In this document: positions 37,441 through 52,744 of the stretch, piece after piece | Position numbering within the stretch: the stretch's first letter is position 1 | How the letters are laid out: every line of letters begins with the position of its first letter | From: Octopus sinensis | Lineage: Eukaryota | Length of the DNA stretch: 64,000 bases | NCBI RefSeq assembly: GCF_006345805.1 | Contig: NC_043002.1 | Coordinates: 80,848,001-80,912,000, forward strand | Direction: 5' to 3' | Notes under the pieces: generated by a model | What the model saw: the letters and a program-made list of their open reading frames with translations, nothing else | Databases searched by the model: none | What the model was told of the DNA's origin: nothing | Translations under genes and position numbers: made by a program

Positions 37441-37830
37441 GGGGATGTACCGAGTAAGTTTTAATTTTAAAATTATGATATCAAATATGCGACGGCGTAA
37501 GGGAAAACTGACTGCAGTGAACAAAGAATTGGAAGCTATACATATAGAAGCTATACATATAGAAGCTATACATAAGGAAGGTATATCTCCGTCGGTTCCA
37601 TGTTTCAGAAATCATTATATAGTCTACAGTAATATAATTTCATTGAGAGCCAGCATTCCTAAGAAAAAAGACTATATTGTCAGTATCATTATAAATTTTC
37701 GGGGCTGAATATTTCACACGAACAGCGTCTTTGTGATGTTGTTAATATTTGAAGAGAGTCTCCTATTTTAATTGTTGAGAAAATCTGAAAGATATTAAGC
37801 TCAAGAAAAGATAAAAGCGTTCCCCTGATA

Positions 37831-39116
37831 CCAGATTGGGTCAACAGTTTTTTCGTATTTATAGCCTTGGTATAATAGTTCATATTATGTGTTTATTCAT
37901 CAAAATATATTACATTATGTTCTTTTTGCTGTTGTCATTGTCGTTCCAGAAGCTCGGTTCGACGCCTATAATATTTGCCTGGTTCATAGGCAAAAGCTCC
38001 CTGCTGTTTTGAACCTGATCCACATTTCTGAACCTCCGTTCGTGCAGGAAATGAGTCATGGCTCAGAAAATGTCTGTAAACAGACGGTGCAAGGGCTGGA
38101 CTGTGAGCAGGGTGAAGCAGCACTTCCAGCACCAAAAGTTCCTGAAGTCAGCGCTTAGTCACATTAGTAGTACGTGATGGGGTATAGTCAGGCTGTAGAA
38201 GTGCGCCTCTTCAATTGACCAATGCCGGGTAGCAGGCTTTTAAGAATCATATAGCTGCAGGTGTTCAACATAAAGTTTAGCGTTCAGAGCATGACCATCT
38301 GGGACAAGCCCAAAGTGCAACAATCCCTTCAAATACCACCAAATGCAAAACATGAACTTTTGTTCAAACCATCCTTGTTTGATAGCAGGTTCTGAACCCT
38401 TGGCCAGAGCGAAGTCACTGGTTTCTCCTATTAGGAATTGCGAAAATAGATCCATTTTTCATTCCCAGTTACACTTGAACGCCAAAGATGGGCATCTCGA
38501 GGATTTACGAGATGTTGTTTGCAAATGCTCGCACGTCGTTGAGCCCAGTCATTGATCAATCCATAACGATCTTCTCTACAGTGTCTGTTCACAAGGCCGA
38601 GCTTATGGAAGAGTCGAATGACGGGTCTTTATAAAGAACTGTCGACAATTTATAAATGGTCGACAAGACGTTCTGTCGATAATTTGTCAGTGTTTGTTCT
38701 TGACCGTTGTTCAACCAATTCAAGCCAGGCCCCATCTTCAACAACAGAGGATCTCCTTGACTTTTGTCTGCCTTCGAGGCTCGTGTCACCTTCCTTAAAA
38801 CGTCTGAATCAGTGGTGTGCAACACATTCGTTGTCAGTTCCTGGGGTTTTCACATCATTGATTTCTTTTGCCCTTGCCCTCGCACTCAGTTCTTTTTCCC
38901 ACAGCTAGCATAAAATATCTCACATTGCAATTTGTCACCATTCATTATCAAGGCTGTAAAATAATGAAAAGTAATTCGTGTTTATATGTTATATATGAAA
39001 ATAAGACAATTCAGCAATGATTGGACAATAAGTTGTATAAAATTAATGATATAACATGCAGATACAAGTTGCCAAAACCCATCATTGAAAACCGAAAGAC
39101 TTTTGACCCAACCTGG
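37831..39116 (-). mobile_element. Full-length degenerate mariner (~1286 bp), a different family from the one at 26460
   Basis: TA-ccagattgggtcaacag ... gacttttgacccaacctgg-TA. Remnants KFMFCIWW, GHALNAKLYVEHL and EVLLHPAHSPALAPS. Confidence 0.9.
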
Positions 39117-40294
39117 TATGTATCATTGTAAACGATCTTAAAGTGTCATTGGTATAAAGAAAAGCTATGATCTTGTTATGATAGTCCTGCAAGGCATAGG
39201 AATACATTTGCGCCAACATAAATGTGACCGACTGTGAAATTAAAGGAAAATATTCGTGACAATTTGAATGGCCTAACTATATCTTCGATACCTCGACAAA
39301 CGCGGCCGGTCCTTAAAAATATATAAAAATACATCCTATAATAGGATCTGCAACAAGACACTTGAAAACAGGAGAATTAACATTTGTGTATATAATCATG
39401 GTCCTCAAAGCCATCAGCATACAACAAATCAAAATATGTCTGTTGTACCAGTACTTAAGGATATTTTGAACTGATCGATTGGAAGTTAGATGAGATACGT
39501 AACATTGATGTTAAAACATGAAAGGCGTAAACCAATATCAGAAATGTTCCTATCAGGATTGGTATTGACCGCCCCACCTGATACGAAAGCAAGTTAGAAA
39601 CTTCAGAGAATCAAGCAACCTTTGAATGTTGCACTAATTTGTTGCCACAAAATATACTAATCGACAAACTTCCGTGGATAAAATAAACTTACATGAAGGA
39701 AATAGGAGCTGGAAAAGAGATGCTCGGAATGTGCCTCTTGACTGCTGACAAGCAATACTCACGCAGTGAAGTTAAACAGCTCTGTCGAGGATGAATGCCA
39801 GGTTGGTAACTCTGCTTATCGGAAACAGATCATACAATTTGATATCGTCGGTAAGTTTCAAAGTGATTGTAATATTGATGGCCAAATTGCTTTATCTAAT
39901 ACGCCAACCGATAGTATATCATCTCTCACTTTGAAGAGTCTGTGATTGCAACCGATGATCTACAAATAATAAAATACCTGTTGTACAAAAGTTATAGAAT
40001 CTTTTTGGAATTAAAACCAAAGAGGTAAGCCACTTCAGAAGCAACTATCACGATATTTTCTCTCTCTATGATTAATGGAAAAAGGGGTGTATGTGCCAGT
40101 AGTTGTTGGTGCCTTAAGTAAGCAAAGAAATTTAAAAGTGGTTGTAATTGAGAGTCACGAAAAATAAAAATAGAGCCCACCCAGAAGACAGCATTACTTA
40201 GTAGAACAAGGAGTCTTTCATTAAGTTTCCGCGGCGTGAAAATAACACAGGTCACTGGAAGAAAACAGCAAGTACATTACTGAGCATGTTAGAT

Positions 40295-40473
<179 letters not shown>

Positions 40474-40988
40474 CCATGAACTAGATAAGACACAACACAC
40501 ACAGATGAAAGAGAAAATAAAAAAAGAATATTATAGACGAGTTAGATCAATACTGAAAACAGAGCTCAATGCTAAAAACAAGATAATAGGTATCAACACT
40601 TTAGCCGTCCCAGTTATAAGTTACAGCTACAATATCCTTAACTGGACACTAAATGAACTGACCCAAATAGCTAGGAAAACAAGAAAAATAATGACAGGAT
40701 CTAGGATGCATCACCCAAAATCTGACATAGAAAGGCTATATATACAACGTATAGAAGGTGGTAGAGGCCTTATACAGCTGGAAAACTATTATAAAATAAC
40801 CACCATAGGACTGAAAAAATATCTACTTCAGAAGGAAGGAAAACTGATACAAATAGCGGCAAAATACGAGCAAAACAAAAAACTGTTCTCAGTATTTAAG
40901 GAAGCTGACATACAAACAAGAAATCATGCCACCTAACAAATATGAAGAAGAAGAAGAAGAAGAAGAAGAAGAAGAAGAAGAAGAAGAA

Positions 40989-41033
<45 letters not shown>

Positions 41034-41964
41034 ACAACAAAAGCTATAAAACAAATGAAATCCAAACTAAAAATAGAACAGCAACGAACCATGATAAAAC
41101 GATGGCAAGAAAAGCCCCTTCATGGCAAATACTGGACTAAATTAAATGCAAAAGAACTAGACAAAGAAAAATCCCAGCAATGGTTGAGAAGCTCAGGACT
41201 CAAAGCAGAGACAGAAAGATTTTTTAATTGCAGCACAAGACCAAAGCCTCCTCACCAGAAATTACCAAAACTATGTAATGAAAAGAAATATTACAAGTAA
41301 CTGCAGAATATGTGGAGATGGACAAGAAACAATAAATCATATTATCTCTGGCTGCCCAGTCCTGGCTAAGAAGGAATATATTCACAGACACGACAGAGTT
41401 GGGACCTATATACACTGGAAGCTATGCCAACATTATGAAATAACAACAGAAAAAAGATGGTATAGGCACACACCAGAAAAGGTCACAGAAAACGAGAAAG
41501 CAACCATACTCTGGGATATGCCGATACACACAGATAGAGAAATTAAGGCCAACAGACCAGATATAGTTGTCAAAGATCCTGAAGAAAAAAATGCTTTCTA
41601 ATTGATGTATCAATACCAGCAGATAACAACGTGTCTCTAAAAGAAATGGAAAAACTTTCAAAATACAAAGAGGTAACCAGAGGTAACCAGAATGTGGAAT
41701 CTAAAAACAGAAACAATTCCTATCATAATAGGTGCATCAGGCATGATAAAAAAATATTCAGACAAATACATAACAAAAACACCAGGACTTACAAACACGT
41801 ATAACATAGAGAAAATTGCACTACTAGGCACTGCACACATCCTACGCAGAACACTTTCCATACAGTAACCATCAGAGCATCACAACAAATCACAGCATAT
41901 ACCCAAGGCACACAGAGCTGCGCTCAGTAGTGAAGTGAAAGCACGCTATAAAAATATACTACTG
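40474..41964 (+). mobile_element. R4/Dong-clade non-LTR retrotransposon, 5'-truncated (end of RT, CCHC knuckle, REL endonuclease, 3'UTR)
   Basis: ELNAKNKIIGINTLAVPVISYS, HHPKSDIERLY..GGRGL, CRICGDGQETINHIISGC, TILWDMPIHTDREIKANRPDIVVKD and IALLGTAHILRRTLSIQ*. (AAT)n lies on both sides; a few frameshifts are present. Confidence 0.92.
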
Positions 41965-41976
41965 AATAATAATAAT

Positions 41977-42011
<35 letters not shown>

Positions 42012-42120
42012 CTAATAAAATAATAATAATAATAATAATAATTAATAATAATATATAATATAATTAATAATATTAATACAAAATAATAATAATAATAATA
42101 ATATAATAATAATAATAAGT

Positions 42121-42640
42121 TGAGGGTAAAAATGTCACTATCCTCTGGTATTTTCCAGTCAACACTGACAGAATGATCCAGGTTGATGAGCCAGACATTA
42201 TTAATAAAGACAAGGAGGAAAATACGTGTACACTGATAGTTGTCAGTGTTCCCAGCTGTCAAGGAATTCGATAAACTAAGTAAATATAAGGACCTGGAAA
42301 TTGAAATACAAGAGACGTGGCAACTTAAAACGAGAACGGTACCTGTTATTGTAAGTGCCCTAGGCATGATAACAAAAAGGGATGTCAGAAACATCTAGAT
42401 AAGATCTCAGGAGAAGCATGTCTCAGAGACATCCAAAAGAGTGTGCTGACAAGTACTGCCCACATCCTAAGAAAAACCCTATCCATTTAAATGTCTGTGT
42501 TCTATTACCTGGAGATATTTCACTACCTCCTCTCGCCAAGCTTTCAGGCTTATTGTAACATCTCTTATCCTTCCCTAATCTCATGACGCTGGGTGTGTCT
42601 TGGCAAGTGACTGTAACAGAGATGCAGATTAAAAGTAAAA
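42121..42640 (+). mobile_element. Second R4-clade subfamily, 3' fragment with its own 3'UTR
   Basis: VTILWYFPVNTDRMIQVDEPDII, KLSKYKDLEIEIQETW, KSVLTSTAHILRKTLSI*; AAT-rich flanks. Confidence 0.85.
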
Positions 42641-42654
42641 ACAATAATAATTAT

Positions 42655-43363
42655 TATAAGGAATGAAGTACAACAATTAATAATGATATCAAAGGAAGAA
42701 GTACAAAAAGGACATGAAGAAGAATTATGCATGAAAGGACTACACAATCAATTCCATGTAGCCACAACAGAAGTTGCAGGAAAAATAAGTGGGTTTGCCT
42801 GATGAAAGGAACTCTAAAAAAAGAGACCGAGAGCACTATACTGGTAGTGCCAGGACACAAGCTCTGACCACGAACTGGAGGGTCAACCTCAGGATGAGCT
42901 AATGTCTCTCTGTGCCGCATCTTCCAAAAGAGGGGATGAAAACCATTGCCCATATCACGAACGAATGCCCTAGACTTGCCCCAAAACCACTACAAGTTGT
43001 GGTGACACGACCAGGTAGCGAAAGTGCAACACTGAAACTGTGCGAAAAGTGGGCGCTAGAGAGAGGCAAGAGTGGTATGAGGACAAACCGCAGAGAGTCG
43101 CAGAGTCGGAGACTCGCAAATCTCTGGGATTTCCCACTCCAAACAGATCAGGTGGCTGGAGCATAAAGAGACAGACCTAGGGATGGTATACAAGGTGCTA
43201 TATAGTTGATATCGCATGCCCTTTAACCCACGAATAGTCAAGTAAGAAGGCGAAAAGATAGTACGAATAGCCCGGCTATGGAAAATGAAGAAGATGATTT
43301 TTGTTGGGTCCTTGGAAACAGTATCAGGGGGCATCAAGAGGATTATAAAAAGAAAATTATTTA
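42655..43363 (+). mobile_element. Third R4-clade fragment, degenerate and cut by the gap
   Basis: MKGLHNQF, KGTLKKETES, TIAHITNECPRLA, LWDFPLQTD. Confidence 0.75.
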
Positions 43364-43463
43364 NNNNNNNNNNNNNNNNNNNNNNNNNNNNNNNNNNNNN
43401 NNNNNNNNNNNNNNNNNNNNNNNNNNNNNNNNNNNNNNNNNNNNNNNNNNNNNNNNNNNNNNN
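43364..43463. other. Assembly gap (100 N)
   Basis: N run. Confidence 1.
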
Positions 43464-43915
43464 GTGGGCTGATTAGCGTACGGAGTGGATCAACAGTGAA
43501 AGAAGAAACATGGCAGAATACTTGGTAAACAGCAAAGATCTGCTACAGTGTGCTGCTAGTGCAGAAGGAGTTGACAAAAATGTACTTGAGCTCGCTCATG
43601 TATTCCGAGCAAGAACAACTATCGAGAGAAAAGAAATCATACTCCGTATAGAATTACATGGTCAGTTCCACCGTAAAACCAACATATTAAAAGACCAGGG
43701 AGCATCATGGAGGTGGCTCCAGAAGGATGACCTAAAAATGAATACTGAAAGCCCAATCATCGCGGCCCAGGACCAGGCATTGAACACCAACTATATATCA
43801 CACAAGTGCATCGGACTTCTGCAGAATGTGTGGGAAGAGGGTCGAAAGTGTGACTTACATTGTTAGTGCTTGTGAAAGTCTTGCGCAGATAAGGTAGAAT
43901 ACGACATGATATGTC
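43464..43915 (+). mobile_element. Fourth R4-clade fragment
   Basis: ELHGQFHRK..SWRWLQKDDLKMNTESPIIAAQDQALNTNY, then CRMCGKRVESVTYIVSAC. Confidence 0.8.
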
Positions 43916-43949
43916 ATAGGTTATGAGACCTTAGCATTGCTGGTTAACA

Positions 43950-45145
43950 GGGCGAGTGGCTGCATGTCTTCTTTAAAGACATAAGTCAGACAATTGCAGC
44001 CAATGGTACCCTTTCTGGGGAAACTCAAATCCTAAGCGGCATCCCCCAGGGAATTGTTTTGGGGCCATTACTGTTCTTAATAGCCCTTTTAGAAATGCTC
44101 ACTGTCAGTTGGACAGCCACTGTCACTAGCTATGCTGATGACACAAAATTATCACAGGCAATAGAAAAGACGACGTCGCAAGATTACAGCGGGACCTGAA
44201 TTCGATTTACAAGTGGGTCGAAATGAACAACATGCAGTTTAATGCTGGACAATTTTCAATACTGCATTATCAGCTCACGAGTGCTCTACAGCCTGCATAT
44301 ACAGGACCCGAAGGCACTTCTATCCCAGAGTCACACGCAGTGAAAGACTTGGGGATCAGTATGTGTAATTGCGCATCATTTTATATGTACATTACCAAGA
44401 TGGCAGCGAAGTGCAGACGTCTGGCAGATTGGATTCTAAGGTCCTTCAAGACAAGAGACCAAGAAACTATGTTGATCCTGTGAAGAACCTTAGTTCTTAG
44501 CCGTCTGAATTACTGCTCCCAGTTATGGTCACCACATAGTGCGAAACTAACAGCAGAGCTTGAAGCAGTCCAACACAACCACACTAAAAAGATTGAAATA
44601 TTGCAGCGGATGTGCTACAGGGATAGGCAGAGAAAGCTGCAACTTTACTCGCTGGAGCGAAGGCGCGGCAGATATGTTATAATCTGCATATAGAAAACTC
44701 TAGAAGGGCTAGTACCTAATTTGGGCATTGAATGGTGTACAAATGCCAGAATTGGCCGACACTGTATTGTATCAAAGGCACCATCCACTCCGTCTAAATT
44801 CAGGACCAGGTAGTCTAGAGTCCAAGGGCCCAGATCTCTTCAATTTTCTGTCACAAAAATTAAGAAATCTACATATGGTGGAAGTAGATATCTTCAAAAA
44901 GGAACTAGACAACCTACTCTTCAACATAGCGGATGAACCAGCTGCCCGACATGAGATATAGACAAGGGCAGCGGGATCAAACTCCCTTATACAGCAAATG
45001 GGCCAACAGCTGGGGCAAAAGCACACACAGGAGTGATGATGTGACATACCCCAGATTGAGGTAATCAGAAAGACCACGGTGGTTGCTCCAGCATCACCGC
45101 AGCCTTATGTATGGCTGAAACTAGTAAAAGAGTAAAAATAAAGAG
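43950..45145 (+). mobile_element. CR1-like LINE 3' portion including the tail
   Basis: SGIPQGIVLGPLLFLI, SYADDTKL, LVLSRLNYCSQLWSP, SLERRRGRY, FKKELDNLL..IADEP. Tail gctccagcatcaccgcag...ctgaaactagtaaaag. Confidence 0.88.
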
Positions 45146-45279
45146 TATATGTTTGTGTGGGGGGATGTAACATGTCTCAATTTACTAAACCTCTTGATAA
45201 TGTTTATCACGTCCTTTCGTGTTTTTTGTTTGTTTGTTAGTTTTGTGTGTTTTTGTTTTGTTTTGTTTTGCTGCAACAG

Positions 45280-46450
45280 TGTAATCGTGATATCGTTGGA
45301 AAAACTGAGAAAATATGAATTCTAAACGGAATCCGACACAAAGAACTATACATTTCGTGATACCTTTTCATAGACATAGCCTCAGTAATATGCTCAGCCA
45401 GTCTCACCGGATATGCTGACGATACAAAGGTTTCACGAGTCTTTAAGGAGTCTGATGATGAAACCAAATTTAAAGAAAGACCTAAACGCAACATAGAAGT
45501 TGGATGAAGAAAATAACAAGCAGTTCATTGCTGAGAAATTTCAAGTAATCAGCCTTAAACAAATTGCAATCAGGATTCACAGGATCAGAGAGTAATGCAA
45601 CCGACATGATATCTTGGAATCCACGTGAGCAATGGTACATCATTTTATGTGCATATTGCTATGATTGCAACAATGTGCAGTCGACTTGGCTTTGGGATTT
45701 TTGAGATCATTCAGAACAAGAAAAAAAGGAAACCGTGTTAAAGCAACAGTAACTGTTCTTACTCAGTGGCTTGGACTGAACTACTGTTCCCAGTGATGGA
45801 CACCAGAAGGTATCAAGCTAAAAGCCGAGCTCGAAAGAGTTTAACGCCAGTGCGCGAAGAACTGGAGCTCATCAGTAGCTACTGAAGTGGCTGGTGTTTT
45901 GACCTCGGTGCAACGAATGAGACATTGGGAGTGGCTTAAAGAGTTGAGGATCTATCCCTAGAAGGAAACACAAAATGTATGCAATGATATGCGTATGTAT
46001 GTGTGCGTGCGTGCGTGTGTGTTTGTAAGATCCTGGAGGGTCTGGTATCTAACTTTAGAACTGAAATCTATACCAACCCCATGAACTAGACATCACTGTA
46101 TATTACCAAAGACCCTGCCCTCTCCATCTAGAGCAGTGGTTCTCAGCCATTTTTTGTATATGGACCCCTTTGATTTCTATTTTAACTCGGGGTGTGGGAC
46201 TCTCATAGCCATTTGATGTCTAAAATCTATAATATTTTTATGATTGAATATTATCAAGAATTGTATTTAAAATGTTTTAATATTTTATGTATTGTAGAAA
46301 TATAACTAGTTTATTGCATCTAAATTTTGACAATAAAATCTTCTATGGACCCCCAAGGGCCATGTAAACCTGGTTCAGAACCATTGATCTAGAATAAAAG
46401 CTTAGGATTCAAAAGTTCACAATTCAGAAACGTAGTTGTGGATGTTTTCA
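45280..46450 (+). mobile_element. Second CR1-like fragment, highly degenerate and interrupted by a hAT MITE
   Basis: GYADDTKV; homologous to the copy at 43950; resumes after 46394. Confidence 0.65.
46134..46386. mobile_element. hAT-type MITE
   Basis: TIRs cagtggttctca / tcagaaccattg; 8-bp TSD atctagag / atctagaa. Confidence 0.85.
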
Positions 46451-46518
46451 AGAAACGCAAAGAAGAGCAGGTGTGTTCAGTTCACTTCATCATCAGAATC
46501 AAATCCAGAGGGGGAGAG

Positions 46519-46551
<33 letters not shown>

Positions 46552-46679
46552 TCTGGAAAGAGTTTCAAATATATCAACCATCACACAAATGGCAGTGACT
46601 CAGCATGGCTAGAACTCTCAGCTTAAATCAGTAAAAGAATGATGGTGTGTGTGTATATAGATAAATATATAAATAGATA

Positions 46680-48390
<1,711 letters not shown>

Positions 48391-48554
48391 TTTTGCCCTG
48401 GATGAAGCATCTCGCAATTTCTAAGTTTTGATATAAGATATCGTAACGGCCCTCAAGTATGTTGAGTACTATGTTGATTTGAAGACAACTTACCTCTATA
48501 CCGAAAGGTACCATTATAACCATAAATAGCAGATTATGCATGTGCGCGCGTGAG

Positions 48555-48825
48555 AAAACGTGGTCGAGCGGTAAATGGTGTGACACATACTGCCACGAAA
48601 CTTTGGGTTCGATTCATAGAACAGGTGTTGCATTGTGTTCATAAGCAAACTTATGTTCCTCAACGTTCACTTCGGCATCACACATTTGGCATAATGTGCA
48701 CCAGTTAAGGTGTTGTAGATTTGATGGAAAAGAGTGGGCTAATGTGTAGCACAAATATTTGATCACTATAAACAATTCATTTGTGCAGGTGATTCAGTGA
48801 GAAATTGCAGATCAGTCATTCACGA
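48555..48825 (+). mobile_element. tRNA-headed SINE, another family (degenerate)
   Basis: gtggtcgagcggtaaatgg A-box-like and gggttcgattc B box. Confidence 0.45.
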
Positions 48826-48863
48826 AAACAAGAAATCACTACATATATATATATATATATATA

Positions 48864-49017
48864 GGTGCAGGCATGGCAATGAGGTATGAAGCTTGCTACC
48901 TAACCATATGGTTCCCTGTTCAGCCCCTCTGCATGTCACCTTGGCCAGGTGTCTTTCACTATAGCCTAGAGGCAACCAAGGCTTTGGTTGACGCGAACTG
49001 AAACAAGCCCGTCGTAT
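48864..49017 (+). mobile_element. SINE family D, 5' half
   Basis: ggtgcaggcatggc...gaagcttgctacctaaccatatggttccc. Confidence 0.75.
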
Positions 49018-49144
49018 ATGATTTCTCTATTGATGTTCTCCTTCGGTTTCACCATAGTCTCCGGTTCGTTGACGTAAACCCTCTCTTTCAGGTATCCCCA
49101 CAAGAAAAAATCTAAGCTGGTCAAGTCTGGGGAACGTGAAGGCC

Positions 49145-49588
49145 TTTCAAACTAGACCCCACACATGGTTCCAGCAAGACGGGGCAACTGCTCATACCGC
49201 AAGTGAACTAAGGCAGTTACTACGGTAGTGCCTCGGAGAGAGAATTATCTCCCGCTACAGCAAAATCAACTGGCCTTCACGTTCCCTAGACTTGACAAGC
49301 CCGGATTCTTCTTGTGGGGATACCTGAAAGAGAAGGTTTACGTCAACAAACCGGAGACCCTGGTGCAGCTGAAGGAGAACATCAATAGAGAAATCAGAGA
49401 AGCGGTGTCTGAAACTCTTGAGAGTGTTATGGTGCAAGTTTTGGAAAGAGCACGGGCATGCGAAGTCGAAAATGGCTGCCATTTAAACGATGTCATTTTC
49501 CATATGTGATGTAGGGATGTTGCAAATATTTCTAAAGTTAAGGAAGTTATTAAAAATTGAAACCCATCAGTTACATTTGGGACACCAT
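49145..49588 (+). mobile_element. maT-type transposase 3' fragment
   Basis: WFQQDGATAHTA, WPSRSLDL..FFLWGYLKEKVYVNKPETLVQLKENI; TIR-like tttgggacacc. Confidence 0.85.
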
Positions 49589-50658
49589 CAATATAGCTTA
49601 ATACTTATATTTATATATTAACATACACACACACACACATGACCATAATCTTTTTTCTACAAAGGTCCATTCACATTGCAAAACTGTAGTACATTTGAAT
49701 CGATCCCAAAATGACGTGGTTGCGAAAGGAATTTCTTAACCACGTATCTATAGATATATATAAGCTTTTTATTATTTGAATATAAACATAAGTAAAGACC
49801 AATAGAAAAATAAACCAATTCGCACAACAACAAAGCAAAAATACGCCACACATCTCAAGATACACATGCATTTAAATGTGTGATAACTTGACTCACATGG
49901 GCCTCATGGGCCCCATGTATCGAGTTGGAGTCATGACCAATGAGTGAAATAAATAGACGGAAACAATCTAACATAAATACACGAAAATATGCATATATTT
50001 ACCTTGTGATAGGATACCGGGATGTCCATATGTTTCTGTGAGCACTCTCTTCTTCAGCAAATGTAGAAAAATACAGGTCACCGTGACTTCTTTTAAAAAC
50101 AGCAGTTGGATACGAAAGTATAAATAATATTCGACCGGAAGGACAAGGAGTAAGAAGCGAGGGCGTCTATGCGCAACCGAACTACCTGTTTCATAGAGAG
50201 TAAAAGTACTTCGAAAGTGCTCCACTGGGGAAATATATTCACTTAGAAAGCTCAAAATATGTGCGAGTTACTTATGTAGTAACTTGGAATGAATGAATGA
50301 ATGAATGAATGAAACCCACAGTTACATGAATTCATTTAACCGAGTCAGTTACTTACTGAGAGTGCTCAGCGGCTCTATGAGTAAATAGAAACTACTTACG
50401 TATGTATGTATGTATGTATGTATGTATGTATGTATGTATGTATGTATGGGTGTGTATGCATGCATGTATGTGTGTATGCATGCATGTATGTATATGTATT
50501 ATATATGTCTGTACTTATGTATGCATGTGTGAATGCTTGTGCAAAGGCGATCATGTATGTCTTCTGTATCTTTTTCATATATAAATGTAGGTACGTATGC
50601 ATATATGTAAGTGTATATATATTATATATATAAATATATATATATATATATTATATAT

Positions 50659-50717
<59 letters not shown>

Positions 50718-51514
50718 CAAGCATCTAAATAGATATGTGCGTATGTGTGCGTGTGTAAATGTTTGTGTGCGTATGTAGACATCGATATATGTATACGTTT
50801 GCATGTGTGGGTGCCTGTATATATATATATATATGTATATAGATAGATAGATAGATAGATAGATACACGCACGCATACTTATATACATACATATATACAT
50901 ACATACGTACATACATATACACACATTCATACACACAAACATTCTCAGACATACGCGCACACACACATCTATATAAATGTACAAATACATATATATTCCC
51001 ATATACATGCTCAAATACTATTTTTGAGATTTTTAGAGTATTAATATTGTAGGATACGTTTCACCATTTATGCTTTAAAGGGGCGTCGCTTTTTCCTTTC
51101 ATCTTATCGGCACCGACATAAGATCAAAGAGGAAAGAAAACCCACATCAAGGAATACAATTTCAACAACTGGCATTACAAATTTTTTTCTCCTTTTTTTT
51201 TATGTAGTTTTGTTGTCAATAAAATAGTTTCTTTCTGTTTTTCTTGTTACCGTTGTTTTTCCACGTTTAAATTTATTTAAGGAAGTAAAACCTTTTGGTA
51301 AGGCGTAGGAAACATAACCATATGGCACTGAACATTAAAACAAGGGAAATGTAATAGATCTACGTTGGGTGTTATATACAGTTTTGTGTCTTGATGACAT
51401 ATGAGGTCTTGCGTTCAATTCTCACCAATATTATCTGGCTTCCGCCTTCCCGATCTGAACGTGATGAAATTAATAATATTAATAATTATTGATAATAATT
51501 ATTACTTCTAATTT

Positions 51515-52570
51515 CGGCACAAGCTCAGCAATTTTGAAGGGGAAGGGCAAGTTGATTAGGAGCATTTGATCGGTACTTAATTTATCGACTTCGGAAAGAG
51601 GAAAGGCAAACTCGACCTCGGCAGTATTAGAACCCAGGAATTAAAGAGTCAATTACCGTCTAGGATATTGTCTGACGCGTTAACCATTCTGCCAGCTCTC
51701 CTTTACTTTTTAGTTTTTCCTAAAATTTGGCAGAAGGCCAGCATCTTTAGGATTGGGGTAAGCCAATTACATCGTCCCTAGTGCCCAACTTGTACTTAAT
51801 TTACACGCCCTGAAAAATTAAAAAAACAAGTTGACCTCGAGGGAATGAAATGAGCAGGAGGAAATTCCGCTAAGCATTTTGTTCGACGCGCTTGCTAATA
51901 ATCATAATACCGTTTTCAGTTTTGACACAAGGTCAGCAATTTAGGGGGTGGGGGCTTAGTCAACCACAGCGACCCTAGCACTTGACTGGTACTCTATGTT
52001 ATCGACCCCAAAATGATGACAGGCAGAGATGATATCGACGCTATTTGAACTCAGAATGTAAAGAACCGGGAAAATCCTGCAAAGCAATTTTTCCGACACT
52101 TTACCAATTCTGTCAGAACACCACCTTATCGGTTTCTGATTCAGGCATAAGGTTAGCAACTTTTGATTAGGAGGTAATCGATACCATCAACTCTAATACT
52201 GGGCTGGAAATTTATGTTATCAACCCCAAAAACGTTGAAATGCAAAGCTGACCTCAAAGAAACATATCTGGATGGATGACTTTTTATTACTACTCAAGAT
52301 AACAGAAATCATATTGGATATAAAACGATTGAACGAAACGGGAAAACATTAGCATTGAAACCTGAATAATCCTTTCTACTACATGAACAAGGCCTGGAAC
52401 TTTTTAGAAAGTGACAAGTCGATTACATCAACCCCAGTACCTGACTGGTTCTTACTTAATCTATCCCGAAAGAATAAAAAAAGGCAAAGTCGATCTTGGC
52501 AGAAAAAAAGAACCGCAAAAAATGCCGCTAAGCGCTTTTTATCTGCTGCAACCAACTCGACACCTTCTTA
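51515..52570 (-). mobile_element. Array of about five co-oriented degenerate SINE A copies
   Basis: Repeated gtcgacctcggc/ttgaactcagaa-type bodies near 51610, 51830, 52040, 52250 and 52490. Confidence 0.7.
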
Positions 52571-52744
52571 AGAACCAAATCATATAAATCATCGATATCC
52601 GTGGAAATAGGTATACTTTTCTTTGTTTTTTTCTTTTACTTCACTTTTCTCTTTTTCTTCTATCTTGCTCCCAACCCCTTCTTTTTAACTTCTATACCTA
52701 AAGTTAGCCTCCTTGTAGTCAGCTTATATATATATATATATATA

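Noticed and set aside
39992-40255. 87-codon hydrophobic minus-strand ORF with a good acceptor
   Set aside because: No recognisable homology; ORFs of this length are common in the window.
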